A stretch of 51,359 nt of DNA from an uncultured Eubacteriales bacterium (GCA_913063835.1 CAJXZV010000003.1:1-51359), one strand, 5' to 3'. Counted from the first letter of the stretch, positions 10,564-21,304 are shown. A program made the numbers and translations. Notes: a model not told the origin generated them from the letters alone.

Positions 10564-11514
10564 CTACTCCTCAGGCTCGGCCAGGCTGAGATCGAGTTCG
10601 GCCAGCTTGGCCTTTACTTCCTCGAGTGATTTCTTGCCGAGGTTCCGGACCTTCATCATCTCGGCCTCGGTCTTGGAGATGAGTTCACCGACCGTGTTTA
10701 TGCCGGCCCGCTTGAGGCAGTTGAAGGACCTCACCGAGAGTTCCAGCTCCTCGACGGGCATGTCGAGGATACGGTCCCGCTCCTCCTCACCGGCGTCGGC
10801 CAGGAGCTCCACCCCCTGACCCTGCTCGGTGAGCTCGGTGAAGAGGAGCAGGTGTTCGGTCAGGATCCGGGCCCCCAGGCTCACGGCTTCCTCCGGGGCC
10901 ATGGTGGCGTTGGTCCAGACCTCGAGGGAGAGCTTGTCGTAGTCGGTGATTTGCCCCACCCGGGTGTCCTCGACGGTGAAGTTCACGCGCCGCACAGGCG
11001 AGAAGATGGAGTCGACCGGAATCACCCCGATGGGCTGCTCCGGCCACTTGTTCCGTTCGGCCGGAGCGTAGCCGCGCCCGCGCTCGACGGTCATCTCCAT
11101 GTAGAGCCGACCGTCCTTGTCGAGCGTCGCGATGTGGAGGTCGGAGTTGAGGATCTCGATGTCCGCCCCGGCGATGATGTCGCCGGCCTTGACCTCCTGC
11201 TCCCCTTCGGCCTCCACCCGCAGGATACGCAGGTCGTCGGGGCCGTGCATCTTGATGCAGAGCTGCTTGAGAGCCAGGATGATGTCTGTCGTGTCCTCCA
11301 GCACGCCCGGGATGGTCGAGAACTCGTGAAGCACCCCGTCTATCTTCACCGTCGTCACGGCGGCTCCGGGCAACGAGGAGAGGAGGACCCGCCTGAGCGA
11401 GTTGCCTAGAGTCGTCCCGTAGCCGCGCTCAAGCGGCTCGACCTCGAACCGGGCGTAGGTGTTGTCCTCGGAGCGGTCGACACACACGATCCTCGGCTTC
11501 TCGATGGTCAGCAT
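10564..11514 (-). CDS. rpoA: RNA polymerase alpha subunit
   Basis: [22 protein letters not shown]...[14 protein letters not shown]...[11 protein letters not shown]. Confidence 0.99.
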   Translation of the reverse strand: MLTIEKPRIVCVDRSEDNTYARFEVEPLERGYGTTLGNSLRRVLLSSLPGAAVTTVKIDGVLHEFSTIPGVLEDTTDIILALKQLCIKMHGPDDLRILRVEAEGEQEVKAGDIIAGADIEILNSDLHIATLDKDGRLYMEMTVERGRGYAPAERNKWPEQPIGVIPVDSIFSPVRRVNFTVEDTRVGQITDYDKLSLEVWTNATMAPEEAVSLGARILTEHLLLFTELTEQGQGVELLADAGEEERDRILDMPVEELELSVRSFNCLKRAGINTVGELISKTEAEMMKVRNLGKKSLEEVKAKLAELDLSLAEPEE

Positions 11515-11608
11515 CAAACCGCCTCCTTGAGACGATGAACCTCTCCGTCAACGCCGGCGCGGAGGCCGGACGAAACGTCACCCTCCGGCCGCGGCATGGT
11601 CCGTCCCC

Positions 11609-12235
11609 TCAGCGAGAGTAGAACTCGATGATGAGGCGTTCCTGGACGGGAACGTCGATCTCTTCCCTCTTGGGAAGCCTCAGGACCTTGCCCTTCATCT
11701 TCTCGTGGTCGACCTCGAGCCAGTCCGGAACACCGCGCTGGGCGCCCAAGCCGGCCAGTTCCTTCAGCCTGGGCAGGTTGCGGCTCTTTTCGTGGACCGC
11801 GACCTCGTCGCCCTCCCGGACCTGGAACGAGGGGATGTTCACCCGGCGGCCGTTCACCGTGAAGTGTCCGTGGCGGACGAGCTGCCTGGCCTCAGCCCGC
11901 GAGCTCGCCAGCCCCATGCGGTAGACGACGTTGTCCAGTCGTCTCTCGAGAAGCTGCAGGAGCACCTCACCGCTGACACCCCTGGCTCGGGTGGCACGCC
12001 GGTAATAGGTGCGGAACTGCCGTTCGAGCACCCCGTAGATGCGGCGGGCCTTCTGCTTCTCGCGGAGCTGGATGCCGTACTCCGTCGGCTTCCGGCGGAA
12101 GCGGGCCCTGTGGCCCGGAGCTTCAGGCCGGTGCTCGAAGACGCACTTCGCACTGTAGCACTTCTCGCCCTTCAGGTAGAGTTTCACGCCCTCCCGCCGG
12201 CAGAGCCGGCAGACCGGGCCGGTGTATCTAGCCAT
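11609..12235 (-). CDS. rpsD: 30S ribosomal protein S4 (Zn-binding C+ type)
   Basis: [25 protein letters not shown]...[18 protein letters not shown]. Confidence 0.98.
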   Translation of the reverse strand: MARYTGPVCRLCRREGVKLYLKGEKCYSAKCVFEHRPEAPGHRARFRRKPTEYGIQLREKQKARRIYGVLERQFRTYYRRATRARGVSGEVLLQLLERRLDNVVYRMGLASSRAEARQLVRHGHFTVNGRRVNIPSFQVREGDEVAVHEKSRNLPRLKELAGLGAQRGVPDWLEVDHEKMKGKVLRLPKREEIDVPVQERLIIEFYSR

Positions 12236-12253
12236 AGTCTTTCGACACCTCCA

Positions 12254-12652
12254 TCAGACGCGGCGGCGCTTGGGCGGCCGGCAGCCGTTGTGGGGTATGG
12301 GCGTCACGTCACGGATGGCGTTTATCTCGAGTCCGGCCGCCTGCAGCGAACGGATCGCCGCCTCGCGGCCCGAACCGGGCCCCTTGACCAGGACCTCGAC
12401 CTCTCTCAGCCCGTAGTTCATGGCTTCCCGGGCGGCCGCCTCGGCCGCCATGCCGGCCGCGAACGGCGTCCCTTTCTTGGAGCCCTTGAAGCCCTGGGTC
12501 CCGGACGAGGCCCAGGCGAGGGTGTTGCCGCTCCGGTCGGTTATGGTGACGATGGTGTTGTTGAACGTCGAACGGATGTGAGCCACCCCGCGTTCGACGA
12601 GCTTCCTCTCCTTCTTGCGGGCCGACGGCCCCTTTGTCCTGCGCGGAGGCAC
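12254..12652 (-). CDS. rpsK: 30S ribosomal protein S11
   Basis: [12 protein letters not shown]...[13 protein letters not shown]...[18 protein letters not shown]. Confidence 0.98.
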   Translation of the reverse strand: MPPRRTKGPSARKKERKLVERGVAHIRSTFNNTIVTITDRSGNTLAWASSGTQGFKGSKKGTPFAAGMAAEAAAREAMNYGLREVEVLVKGPGSGREAAIRSLQAAGLEINAIRDVTPIPHNGCRPPKRRRV

Positions 12653-12724
12653 CAGCTTTACCGCCTTTCACTTCATCTAGATTGCTCTTTGTGTCGACCG
12701 GCCCGGAGGCCGGCCCCTTCGACA

Positions 12725-13096
12725 TCACTTCTTGCGGCGCACGCCGACGGTCTTCCGCGGACCCTTTCGCGTCCTGGCGTTCGTCCGGGTCCGCTGGCCC
12801 CGGACGGGAAGACCGCGCCGGTGACGCAGTCCACGGTATGTCCCGAGGTCGATGAGGCGCTTGATGTTCATCTGCACCTCGCGCTGCAGGTCACCCTCGA
12901 CCTTGTAGTTGCGCTCGATGGTGTCCCTGAGCCTGGAGACCTCCTCCTCGGTAAGGTTCCGCACCCTTGTGTCGGGATTGACCCCGGTTTCGGCGAGAAT
13001 CTTCCTGGAGGTCGAAAGGCCTATACCGTAGACATAGGTCAAGGCTATCTCGATCCGCTTGTCTCTCGGCAGGTCCACTCCTGCGATGCGAGCCAT
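12725..13096 (-). CDS. rpsM: 30S ribosomal protein S13
   Basis: [14 protein letters not shown]...[19 protein letters not shown]. Confidence 0.98.
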   Translation of the reverse strand: MARIAGVDLPRDKRIEIALTYVYGIGLSTSRKILAETGVNPDTRVRNLTEEEVSRLRDTIERNYKVEGDLQREVQMNIKRLIDLGTYRGLRHRRGLPVRGQRTRTNARTRKGPRKTVGVRRKK

Positions 13097-13124
13097 TCCC
13101 GGTCACACCTCCCCGAGGGGCTTT

Positions 13125-13238
13125 TCAGCCCTGCCTCTGCTTGTGCTTCGGGTTCTCGCAGATGACGACAACCCGGCCCTTGCGCCTGATGACCTTGCAC
13201 TTATCGCAGATCCGCTTCACTGACGGGCGAACCTTCAC
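13125..13238 (-). CDS. rpmJ: 50S ribosomal protein L36
   Basis: Absent from the ORF track. Manual translation: (M)[36 protein letters not shown]. Confidence 0.97.
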   Translation of the reverse strand: MKVRPSVKRICDKCKVIRRKGRVVVICENPKHKQRQG

Positions 13239-13313
13239 GTTCAAGACCTCCCCGAATCCGGCTTACCCAGGAGACGGACGGCTGGACCGACCGGCGCGGT
13301 CTTCCCCCGGACG

Positions 13314-13532
13314 CTACTTGTAGCGGTACAGGATGCGGCCGCGGGTCAGGTCATAGGGCGAAAGCTCCACCAGGACCCGGTCCCCCGGGAGAATCCGGAT
13401 GAAGTGCATCCTTATCTTGCCGGACACATGGGCCAGGACCTTGTGCCCGTTGTCCAGCTCCACCCGGAACATGGCGTTGGGAAGAGGCTCGATGACCTTC
13501 CCCTCTACCTCTATGGCGTCCTTCTTACCCAT
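13314..13532 (-). CDS. infA: Translation initiation factor IF-1
   Basis: [24 protein letters not shown]...[11 protein letters not shown]. Confidence 0.98.
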   Translation of the reverse strand: MGKKDAIEVEGKVIEPLPNAMFRVELDNGHKVLAHVSGKIRMHFIRILPGDRVLVELSPYDLTRGRILYRYK

Positions 13533-13911
13533 GACTGAAGACGTCCTCCTCCGGCTCTTGCTCCGGCTCTTGTCTTCCTCCGGCCGGGCCCTCGGGCCGG
13601 CGGGCCGCCTCGAGAGACGAGCCGCCTGTGCGGTGAAGTTCGGCCACGAGCCTGTCCACGGCCTCGGCCACCGCCCTGTCCGTGATCACGCTCTGCGGAG
13701 CGAACCTCTCCTCCGCGTCCGGGACCCTGAGCGGGAAGACCTCAAGGTGCTTGACGTTCTTCTTCTTGGGGCAGGCAAGGGACCGGCGCCTGCCGTCCGC
13801 GACCATCACCCACCGCCGGTCCTTGACCCCGACGACGAGGAAGTACGTGCCGGAATCGCGCCCCGCTCTCGACCTCACGAGCTGGCCGATGCGTAAGCCT
13901 TCCTCGGTCAT
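13525..13911 (-). CDS. KOW-domain RNA-binding protein (L14e-like)
   Basis: [17 protein letters not shown]...VADG..R....PKKKNVKHL; usual position between map and infA in Clostridia-like genomes. Confidence 0.88.
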   Translation of the reverse strand: MTEEGLRIGQLVRSRAGRDSGTYFLVVGVKDRRWVMVADGRRRSLACPKKKNVKHLEVFPLRVPDAEERFAPQSVITDRAVAEAVDRLVAELHRTGGSSLEAARRPEGPAGGRQEPEQEPEEDVFSHG

Positions 13912-13970
13912 TCGTCCCCTCTCCCACGTATTGCCGGTTGCCATATTTCTCCAGTAAAAAGTCGCTCTTT

Positions 13971-14000
13971 AGTATATCATTCAGCCTGGTTTCTATTCAA
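13971..14000 (-). promoter_or_regulatory. Internal sigmaA-type promoter for the KOW-infA-rpmJ-alpha cluster
   Basis: AT-rich gap containing TTGAAT-N18-TATACT with an extended -10 TG. Confidence 0.65.
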
Positions 14001-14071
14001 TTGTGGTTTTCTCCAACAGCCACCTGACTCGTGTCGTCGCGCCGCGTGGGCCCCACGCCCCCGGCCGTCCG

Positions 14072-14821
14072 TCAGGGGAGGGTCAGGATGAGCGGGCCGT
14101 CTTCGGTGACGGCCACCGTGTGCTCGTAATGGACCGAACGCTTCCGGTCGACGGTGACCACCGTCCACCCGTCCTTGAGACAGGTGACGGCATAGTCACC
14201 CTCGTTCACCATGGGCTCTATGGCGAGCACCATCCCCGGTTTCAGCAGGGGCCCCTGGCCCGGAGGACCGTAGTTCGGCACCTGGGGGTCCTCGTGCATG
14301 GCCTGGCCGATACCGTGCCCGACGTAGTCGCGGACGACCGAGAACCCTCTCCCCTCCGCGAAGCTCTGGATGGCGTGGGATATGTCCGAGAGCCGCCCGC
14401 CGGGAACGGCCTTCTCGATGCCGGCCGCCAGCGCGCCCTTCCCCGCCTCCATGAGTCTGGACGCCCGCCTGTCCGCGCGGCCGCCGACAGCGAAGGTCAC
14501 CGACGCGTCACCGTAGTAGCCCCCGTACCGCACTCCGACGTCGATGCTGAGCAGCTCACCCTTGCGCAGGACCCGCGGACCGGGTATCCCGTGCACGACC
14601 TGTTCGTTTATCGAGGTGCAGATGGTGGCCGGAAAGCCCCGGTACCCTTTGAACGCCGGAACGGCCCCCGCCTCGGTGATGAGCCTCTCGGCCAGCCGGT
14701 CGAGGTCGGCCGTTGTCACCCCTGGGGCGGCCTCGGCCTCGAGCACCCGAAGGACCCTCGCCACCAGGCGGCCGGCCTCACGCATTATCTCGATCTCCTT
14801 GGGCGTCTTCAGGACTATCAT
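14072..14821 (-). CDS. map: Methionine aminopeptidase type I
   Basis: GFPATICTSINEQVVHGIP, D..D, GHGIGQAMHEDPQV, IEPMVN, HYEHTV. Confidence 0.97.
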   Translation of the reverse strand: MIVLKTPKEIEIMREAGRLVARVLRVLEAEAAPGVTTADLDRLAERLITEAGAVPAFKGYRGFPATICTSINEQVVHGIPGPRVLRKGELLSIDVGVRYGGYYGDASVTFAVGGRADRRASRLMEAGKGALAAGIEKAVPGGRLSDISHAIQSFAEGRGFSVVRDYVGHGIGQAMHEDPQVPNYGPPGQGPLLKPGMVLAIEPMVNEGDYAVTCLKDGWTVVTVDRKRSVHYEHTVAVTEDGPLILTLP

Positions 14822-15474
14822 GGGCCGAGACGCAGAGCCTTCACCAGGCGGTCGGTCACCGCATCGACGTTCCCTCGCCCGTCGACCTCCCTGACCAGCC
14901 CGCGCCGGGCGTAGTAGCTGATGAGAGGCTCGGTCTCCCGCCGGTAGACCTCAAGCCTTGACCTCGCCGTCTCCTCGGTGTCGTCGGTCCTCTGGTAGAG
15001 AGGACCGCCGCAGAGGTCGCAGACCCCCAGGGCCCGCGGTGGCTTGTAGAGCAGGTGATAGTTGGCCCCGCACCCGCGGCAGACCCGCCGGCCGGTCAGC
15101 CTTCTCACCGCCTCCTCCACCGGCAGGGTGATGTTCACCACCGCGTCCAGGGAACGGCCGCTCTCCTCAAGAAGCCCGTCCAGGGCTTCGGCCTGCCGGA
15201 GCGTGCGGGGGAACCCGTCGAGGATGACGCCCCTCGCCCGGCCAGTCTCCTCTTCCCTGATGCGGGCGCCGATGAGGTCCACGATGAGCTCGTCGGGCAC
15301 AAGGAGACCGGCGTCCATGAAGGTCTTGGCCTTGCGGCCCAGCTCCGTCCCCTCTCTGACGGCCTCTCTCAGGAGGTCCCCCGGCGAAAGGTGTAGAAGG
15401 TCGAACCGCTCGGCAAGGATCTTGGCCTGCGTGCCCTTGCCGGCGCCCGGCGGTCCCATCATGACGATGTTCAA
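14818..15474 (-). CDS. adk: Adenylate kinase (Zn-lid type)
   Basis: GPPGAGKGTQA, LDGFPRT..QA, RRVCRGC...CDLCGG.LYQRTDD. Confidence 0.97.
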   Translation of the reverse strand: MNIVMMGPPGAGKGTQAKILAERFDLLHLSPGDLLREAVREGTELGRKAKTFMDAGLLVPDELIVDLIGARIREEETGRARGVILDGFPRTLRQAEALDGLLEESGRSLDAVVNITLPVEEAVRRLTGRRVCRGCGANYHLLYKPPRALGVCDLCGGPLYQRTDDTEETARSRLEVYRRETEPLISYYARRGLVREVDGRGNVDAVTDRLVKALRLGP

Positions 15475-15511
15475 GCTCCGGTCCCTCCCCCCGACAAGCC
15501 GGTGGAGCCCC

Positions 15512-16771
15512 CTACTTCAGGAAGCCCTGGTAATGCCTCATGACCAGGTGCGTCTCTATCTGTTTCATCGTCTCCAGGGCGACGCCGACGACGATGAGGA
15601 GGGCCGTGCCGCCGAAGTAGACCGCACCGACGCCGGTCAGGTTCTGGACGAGCGTCGGCAGGACGGCGGCGATGAAGGCCAAGAACAGCGCTCCGGCGAG
15701 GGTGACGCGGTTCAGCACCTTGTTTATGTACTCGGCCGTCGGGCGACCCGGACGGATGCCCGGGATGAAGCCGCCCCATTTCTTGAGGTCGTTGGCCACG
15801 TTCATCGGGTTGAACTGGATGGCCGTGTAAAAGTAAGTGAAAAGGACGATCAGCACCGCGTTGGTGGCGACGTACAGCCAGCCGCTAAAATCGAACAATC
15901 CCGCGATCCTCTGGGCCACCGGATGGTCTATGAACTGGGCGATCGTCACCGGGAAGGCCAGGAGCGACGTCGAGAAGATGACCGGGATGACCCCGGCGGT
16001 GTTCACCCGGATCGGCAGATGGGTCGTCTGACCGCCGTAGTAGCGCCGCCCCTTGACCCGCTTGGCGTACTGGACCGGGATGCGCCTCTGGCCCTCCTGC
16101 ATCCACACGACCGCAGCGATGACGACCAAGGCGACAACAGCCAGAAGCGCCACGTTCAGGATGTTGATCGTCCCTGCCGTCAGGTACGCCCACAGAGAAC
16201 CCAGACCGGAGGGAAGCCGGGACACGATGCCCGCGAAGATGATGAGCGAGATGCCGTTCCCTATCCCGCGTTCGGTTATCATCTCTCCGAGCCACATGAG
16301 GAAGGCGGTGCCGGCCGTGAGGCTGAGAGCGATGAGGGTGATGCTCCCGAAGGTCGGCGAGATGACCGCCGTCCTCATGGCGTAGGACATCCCGTAGGCC
16401 TGGATGAGAGCGAGGATGACGGTGCCGTACCGGGTGTACTGGGTCAGCTTCTTGCGGCCTTCCACGCCCTCCTTCTGGAGCCGCTCGAAGTGCGGGATGA
16501 CCACCGTGAGCAACTGCATGATGATGGACGCGTTGATGTACGGCGTTATGCTCATGGCGAAGACGGAAAAGGCCTTGAAGGCGCCGCCCGAGAAAAGGTC
16601 GAGAAGACCCAGAAGGCTGCCGCCCTGGAAAAGCTGTTCTATCCTCGTCGTGTCTATGCCCGGGACAGGGATGTGTGTTCCGACGCGAAAGACGAGGAAC
16701 ATCCAGAGGGTGAAGACGATCCTCCTCCGGAGGTCCGATATGCGCATCGCGCTCCTTAGCGTCTGGAGCAA
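15512..16771 (-). CDS. secY: Preprotein translocase SecY
   Basis: IPVPGI, SITPYINASIIMQLL, GIGNGISLIIFAGIV, GGFIPGIRPG, GGTALLIVVGVALET. Confidence 0.98.
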   Translation of the reverse strand: MLQTLRSAMRISDLRRRIVFTLWMFLVFRVGTHIPVPGIDTTRIEQLFQGGSLLGLLDLFSGGAFKAFSVFAMSITPYINASIIMQLLTVVIPHFERLQKEGVEGRKKLTQYTRYGTVILALIQAYGMSYAMRTAVISPTFGSITLIALSLTAGTAFLMWLGEMITERGIGNGISLIIFAGIVSRLPSGLGSLWAYLTAGTINILNVALLAVVALVVIAAVVWMQEGQRRIPVQYAKRVKGRRYYGGQTTHLPIRVNTAGVIPVIFSTSLLAFPVTIAQFIDHPVAQRIAGLFDFSGWLYVATNAVLIVLFTYFYTAIQFNPMNVANDLKKWGGFIPGIRPGRPTAEYINKVLNRVTLAGALFLAFIAAVLPTLVQNLTGVGAVYFGGTALLIVVGVALETMKQIETHLVMRHYQGFLK

Positions 16772-17212
16772 CTAGATCACCTCGGTCTTTCCGCCGGCGG
16801 CCTCGATCTTGCGGACCGCCGACCGGGAGAAACGGTGCGCCCGGACCGTCAAGGCCTTGCTGAGCTCACCGTCACCCAGAACCTTCACCCCGTCCAGGAC
16901 CTTGCGGATGACTCTCTTCTCGAGGAGGACCTCGGGCGTCACCACGGTCCCCTCATCGAACCGGTCCAGGTCGTCAAGGTCCACCAGGGCGAAAACCTTC
17001 CGGCTCGGGTTCTTGAAGCCCCTCTTCGGCAGCCGCATGGCCAGCGGCATCTGGCCCCCTTCGAACTGGGGACCCTTGCCACGACCGGACCTGGCCCTCT
17101 GTCCCTTGTGCCCGCGGCCGGCCGTCTTGCCGCGGCCGGACCCTATACCACGGCCGACGCGCCTGCGTTCCTTCCTCGAACCTGGAGCCGGCGCCAGTTC
17201 ATGCGTCCTCAC
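16772..17212 (-). CDS. rplO: 50S ribosomal protein L15
   Basis: [26 protein letters not shown]...[15 protein letters not shown]. Confidence 0.98.
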   Translation of the reverse strand: MRTHELAPAPGSRKERRRVGRGIGSGRGKTAGRGHKGQRARSGRGKGPQFEGGQMPLAMRLPKRGFKNPSRKVFALVDLDDLDRFDEGTVVTPEVLLEKRVIRKVLDGVKVLGDGELSKALTVRAHRFSRSAVRKIEAAGGKTEVI

Positions 17213-17295
17213 AGCCGGCGCACCTCCTCTGGTCAGTCGAACCGCATGAATTCACTCTTCGTCCTCAGCATCCTCGGCGAGGTCCCCGTCGAAGG

Positions 17296-17691
17296 CTACG
17301 CGTCCGCGTCCTTCTCCGCGCCCCCGCCCGCCTTGGACGTCTTCTTGGCCTTGGCCTGAGTCTTCTTCTTGGCCGGGGCCTTGGAAGCCGCTTCCTTCAC
17401 CTTCTTCTCGGCTGTCTTCTTCTCGGCTGTCTTCTTCTCGGCTGTCTTCTTCCCGGCTGTCTTCTTCTCGGCCGTCTTCGCCCTCCGGGACGCACGAGGC
17501 TTCTTCTCCGGCCTCTCCACCACCTCGACGAGGTGCCGGACGACCCTGATCATGCCTCGGACGGCCGGCGTGTCCCGGTGGGTGACCGTCTGGCCTATCT
17601 TCCGGAGGCCGAGGGCCCTGACGGTGCGGTCCTGGCGCTTCGGGTAGCCGATCGTGCTCTTCACGAGGGTTATCTCAAGCCTGTCTCCCAT
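17296..17691 (-). CDS. rpmD: 50S ribosomal protein L30 with a long Lys/Ala-rich C-terminal extension
   Basis: The first ~60 aa (LEITLVKSTIG....DRTVRALGLRKIGQTV...DTPAVRGMI..VRHLV) are L30; ~70 extra residues follow. Confidence 0.95.
   Translation of the reverse strand: MGDRLEITLVKSTIGYPKRQDRTVRALGLRKIGQTVTHRDTPAVRGMIRVVRHLVEVVERPEKKPRASRRAKTAEKKTAGKKTAEKKTAEKKTAEKKVKEAASKAPAKKKTQAKAKKTSKAGGGAEKDADA
17401..17475 (-). repeat. 15-bp tandem repeat x5 within rpmD (encodes TAEKK/TAGKK)
   Basis: Plus strand cttcttctcggctgt x3, cttcttcccggctgt, cttcttctcggccgt. Confidence 0.95.
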
Positions 17692-17745
17692 GGGTTTCTC
17701 CTCCGCTCTGGGGCCTGGCCCGACGCCCGGGTGTCAGGACCGGGG

Positions 17746-18252
17746 TCACGCCATGAGCTCGTCGACGGGCTTGCCTCTCAGCCTGGCGACCTGCTCTGCG
17801 CTCTTCAGGGACCTGAGGCCTTCCATGGTGGCGTAGACGGTGTTGGCGGCGTTGGAGGAGCCCAACGACTTCGTAAGGATGTCGCTTATCCCGGCGGCCT
17901 CGAGAACGGCCCTGACAGGGCCGCCGGCGATGACCCCGGTGCCCTTCGAGGCCGGCTTCAGGAGGACCTTGCCCGCGCCGAAGTGACCGACGACCTCGTG
18001 CGGGATGGTCGTCCCGACGCGCGGGACGGTGATCATGTTCTTCTTGGCCTCCTGCACGCCCTTGGCGATGGCGTCCGGGACCTCCGGCGCCTTGCCCAGC
18101 CCGACCCCCACACGGCCGTCACCGTCACCGACAACGACGAGGGCGCTGAAGCTGAAGCGCCGGCCGCCCTTGACGACCTTGGCCACACGCTTGACGGCCA
18201 CAACCTTTTCGAACAGCTCCGTGTCCAGTTCGTTCTCGCCCGTTCGTGCCAA
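17746..18252 (-). CDS. rpsE: 30S ribosomal protein S5
   Basis: [22 protein letters not shown]...[15 protein letters not shown]; TTG start at 18252. Confidence 0.98.
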   Translation of the reverse strand: MARTGENELDTELFEKVVAVKRVAKVVKGGRRFSFSALVVVGDGDGRVGVGLGKAPEVPDAIAKGVQEAKKNMITVPRVGTTIPHEVVGHFGAGKVLLKPASKGTGVIAGGPVRAVLEAAGISDILTKSLGSSNAANTVYATMEGLRSLKSAEQVARLRGKPVDELMA

Positions 18253-18328
18253 GTGTCTCTCACCTTCCCCCCGGCCCGGCGCCCCCCGGCCCCGCGCGGC
18301 GGCGGGCCGGCCGGAAAACCTAGAAGCC

Positions 18329-18688
18329 CTAGAACTCGAGGCCGGACTCACGGGCGGCCTCGGCCAGCGCCTTCACCCGTCCGTGGTAGAGATACCCGCC
18401 GCGGTCGAAGACCACCTTGGTGACCCCGCGGGCGACGGCTCTCTTCCCCAAGAGCTCCCCCACGGACCTGGCAGCGCTGATGTTGCCTCCGCTTCCCAGC
18501 TTCAGTTCAGGGTCCAGCGAAGAGGCGGATACGAGCGTCCGCCCGCTCACGTCGTCTATGATCTGCGCGTATATGTGTCGAGAGCTACGGAAGACGTTGA
18601 GCCGCGGCCTGTCGGGCGTCCCGACGACCTTGCGCCTTATGCGAAGGTGGCGTCTCTTCCTCGCCTCTTCCTTGCCAAGCTTAGCCAT
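18329..18688 (-). CDS. rplR: 50S ribosomal protein L18
   Basis: [18 protein letters not shown]...[27 protein letters not shown]. Confidence 0.98.
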   Translation of the reverse strand: MAKLGKEEARKRRHLRIRRKVVGTPDRPRLNVFRSSRHIYAQIIDDVSGRTLVSASSLDPELKLGSGGNISAARSVGELLGKRAVARGVTKVVFDRGGYLYHGRVKALAEAARESGLEF

Positions 18689-18742
18689 GTTCTTTCAACC
18701 CTCTCACCAGCCCTGGTCCCGGCCCGGCACGCTGGACGGCTC

Positions 18743-19282
18743 CTACTTCACTGTCTTCCCTATCGGGATGTGCCGGACGCGTTCATCGCGGTAGCGGATG
18801 CCTTTGCCGTGATAGGGCTCTGGGGGCCTGACCTTTCGGATGTTGGCGGCCACCTGCCCGACGACTTGCTTGTCCGTTCCCTTCACGACGACGGTCGTGG
18901 GCGTGGGGGTTTCGATCGTGACCCCCTCAGGCGGGACGATCTCCACCGGGTGCGAGTAGCCGACATTGAGGGTCAGGCGCCTCCCCTGGACGGCGGCCCG
19001 GTAGCCCGTCCCGACGATGGTGAGGTGCTTCTCGAAGCCCTTCGTCACCCCGTCGACCATGTTGGCGATCATGGTCCGCGTCACGCCGTGCAGAGCCCGG
19101 TGGACCGGCTGGTCGCTCGGACGCTTGACGACGATCGTGTCGGAGTCGATCTCCACCACCATGTCCCGGTGCACACGGTGCTCGAGGGTGCCGAGGGGTC
19201 CTTTGACGGTTATGACATCCCCGTTCTTGGTGACCGTCACACCCTCCGGTATCCGGATCGGCTTCTTACCCACTCTTGACAT
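18743..19282 (-). CDS. rplF: 50S ribosomal protein L6
   Basis: MSRVGKKPI...VKGPLG.L...[13 protein letters not shown]. Confidence 0.98.
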   Translation of the reverse strand: MSRVGKKPIRIPEGVTVTKNGDVITVKGPLGTLEHRVHRDMVVEIDSDTIVVKRPSDQPVHRALHGVTRTMIANMVDGVTKGFEKHLTIVGTGYRAAVQGRRLTLNVGYSHPVEIVPPEGVTIETPTPTTVVVKGTDKQVVGQVAANIRKVRPPEPYHGKGIRYRDERVRHIPIGKTVK

Positions 19283-19329
19283 GTCGCTTACCCCCGTCTC
19301 AGGGTCACAGGCTCGGGACGTGTCACCAG

Positions 19330-19728
19330 TCACCAGACGTAGCAGATGACCTCGCCGCCGACACCCTTGGCCCGGGCGTCCCGGTCGGTGATGACGCCTT
19401 CCGGCGTCGACAGAATGGCTATCCCCAGACCACCGAGGACTCTCGGCACGTTCTCCTTCTTCACGTAGACCCGGAGACCGGGCCTCGAGATCCTCCTGAG
19501 GCCGTTGATGACGGTCTCACGGTTGGGACCGTACTTGAGGTATATCCTGATGGAGCCCTGCCGCCCGTCGTCGATCCAGGCGTAGTCCCTTATGTAACCC
19601 TCTCGCTTGAGGATCTCGGCGATACTCCTCTTGATCTTAGACCCCGGTATGTCCACACGGTCGTGATGAGCCGCGTTGGCATTCCGTATCCGGGTCAGCA
19701 TGTCGGCAATGGGATCGGTCGTGGACAC
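19330..19728 (-). CDS. rpsH: 30S ribosomal protein S8
   Basis: [14 protein letters not shown]...ISRPGLRVY...[11 protein letters not shown]; GTG start at 19728. Confidence 0.98.
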   Translation of the reverse strand: MSTTDPIADMLTRIRNANAAHHDRVDIPGSKIKRSIAEILKREGYIRDYAWIDDGRQGSIRIYLKYGPNRETVINGLRRISRPGLRVYVKKENVPRVLGGLGIAILSTPEGVITDRDARAKGVGGEVICYVW

Positions 19729-19766
19729 GCCCAAAACCCCCTTCTCGCCGGAACCCTTTCGGGGTC

Positions 19767-19952
19767 CTACCAACTGGCTTTGCGCACTCCGGGTATCAGG
19801 CCGCGGTGGGCCCGCTCCCGAAAACACATGCGGCACATGCCGAACCGGCCCATGTAGGCCCTCGGCCGACCGCAGATGCGGCAACGGTTGTAGGCTCTGG
19901 TCTTGTACTTGGGCTCTTTCCGCCACTTTTCCATGAGCGCCTTGCGTGTCAT
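19767..19952 (-). CDS. rpsZ: 30S ribosomal protein S14, Zn-binding type Z
   Basis: 61 aa; [24 protein letters not shown]...IPGVRKASW. Confidence 0.97.
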   Translation of the reverse strand: MTRKALMEKWRKEPKYKTRAYNRCRICGRPRAYMGRFGMCRMCFRERAHRGLIPGVRKASW

Positions 19953-19967
19953 CTCAAGGCCCCCTCC

Positions 19968-20507
19968 CTACTCGCGGAACGGCATCCCCAAGAGCTCGAG
20001 GAGAGCCCGCGCCTCTTCGTCCGTCCGCGCCGTGGTGACGATGGTGACGTTCATCCCGCGTATCTTCTCGACCTTGTCGTAATCGATCTCGGGGAAGATC
20101 AACTGCTCCTTTATACCCAGGGTGAAGTTGCCGCGGCCGTCGAAGGAGCGGGACGGCACCCCTCTGAAGTCGCGGACCCTCGGCAGGGCGACGCTGACGA
20201 GTCTGTCGAGGAAGTCCCACATCCGGTCACCCCGCAGGGTGGTGAAGGCCCCGATGGGCATTCCCTTCCTCAGCTTGAAGGCCGAGATGGACTTCTTGGC
20301 CCTGGTGACGACGGGCTTCTGCCCGGTTATGGTCATCAAGTCGGTCACCGCGCCGTCCAGAGCCTTCGGGTCCCGGGTCGCCTCACCCACGCCCATGTTC
20401 ACCACGATCTTCTCGACCCGCGGCACCTCCATCGGGCTCCTGTACCCGAAGCGCTCCTTGAGCGCCGGCACGACTTTTTCAAGATAATGCTGTTTCAATC
20501 TGGGCAT
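19968..20507 (-). CDS. rplE: 50S ribosomal protein L5
   Basis: [11 protein letters not shown]...[10 protein letters not shown]...[20 protein letters not shown]. Confidence 0.98.
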   Translation of the reverse strand: MPRLKQHYLEKVVPALKERFGYRSPMEVPRVEKIVVNMGVGEATRDPKALDGAVTDLMTITGQKPVVTRAKKSISAFKLRKGMPIGAFTTLRGDRMWDFLDRLVSVALPRVRDFRGVPSRSFDGRGNFTLGIKEQLIFPEIDYDKVEKIRGMNVTIVTTARTDEEARALLELLGMPFRE

Positions 20508-20527
20508 CTGGGTGGGTCCTCCCTAGC

Positions 20528-20878
20528 TCACCGGTCGACCACTTCGCCGCAGCGCCGGCATGTCCGCACCAGGCGGCCGTCTTCCAACCGCCTGCGGCCG
20601 ACGCGCGAGGGCTTGTTGCAACGCGGGCAGACCAGCATGACCTTGTCCCGCGGGAGCGGGGCCTCCTGGTCGACGATGCCGCCCTGCATCATCTTGCCTC
20701 TCGGCCTCATGTGCTTCTTGACCACGTTCACGCCTTCGACGACCACACGGCGGGTCTCGGGCTCGACCCGGATGACCTTACCCCTCCGGCCTCGGTGCTT
20801 GCCGGACAGGACGACCACCGTGTCGCCCTTCCTGATGTTCAACTTGGCCTTCGAAGCCGCAACCTTGTTCTTCGCCAA
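20528..20878 (-). CDS. rplX: 50S ribosomal protein L24 (with CxxC...CxxC)
   Basis: IRKGDTVVVLSGK.RG..GKV...VVVEGVNVVKKH...GGIVDQEAP; TTG start at 20878. Confidence 0.97.
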   Translation of the reverse strand: MAKNKVAASKAKLNIRKGDTVVVLSGKHRGRRGKVIRVEPETRRVVVEGVNVVKKHMRPRGKMMQGGIVDQEAPLPRDKVMLVCPRCNKPSRVGRRRLEDGRLVRTCRRCGEVVDR

Positions 20879-20935
20879 ACCAGCCCACCTCGCTTCCGTC
20901 CGCAATGCCCGGGCCTGGCCGGGTGCCCCTGACGG

Positions 20936-21304
20936 TCACAAGACCTCCGGGGCGAGCGAGATGATCTTCATGAACTCCTTCTCCCGCAGCTCACGCGCGA
21001 CAGGACCGAATATGCGGGTGCCCTTCGGCTCCTTCCCGTCGCCCAGGAGAACACCAGCGTTGTCATCGAAGCGGATGTGCGTGCCGTCAGGCCGGGTCAG
21101 CCCCTTCTTGGAGCGGACCACGACGGCCCTGACGACATCCCCCTTTTTGACCACGCCTCCGGGGGAGGCTTCCTTCACCGAAGCCACGATTATGTCGCCT
21201 ATGTTCGCGTACTTGCGCCGCGAACCGCCGAGCACCCTTATGCACATGATCTCCTTCGCCCCGGTGTTGTCGGCGACGACCAGCCTGGTCTGAGGCTGAA
21301 TCAT
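20936..21304 (-). CDS. rplN: 50S ribosomal protein L14
   Basis: [27 protein letters not shown]...[13 protein letters not shown]...IISLAPEVL. Confidence 0.98.
   Translation of the reverse strand: MIQPQTRLVVADNTGAKEIMCIRVLGGSRRKYANIGDIIVASVKEASPGGVVKKGDVVRAVVVRSKKGLTRPDGTHIRFDDNAGVLLGDGKEPKGTRIFGPVARELREKEFMKIISLAPEVL

Noticed and set aside
17401-17475. Tandem repeat as a possible CRISPR array
   Set aside because: The 15-bp units are contiguous with no spacers, lie in frame within rpmD, and no cas genes are present.
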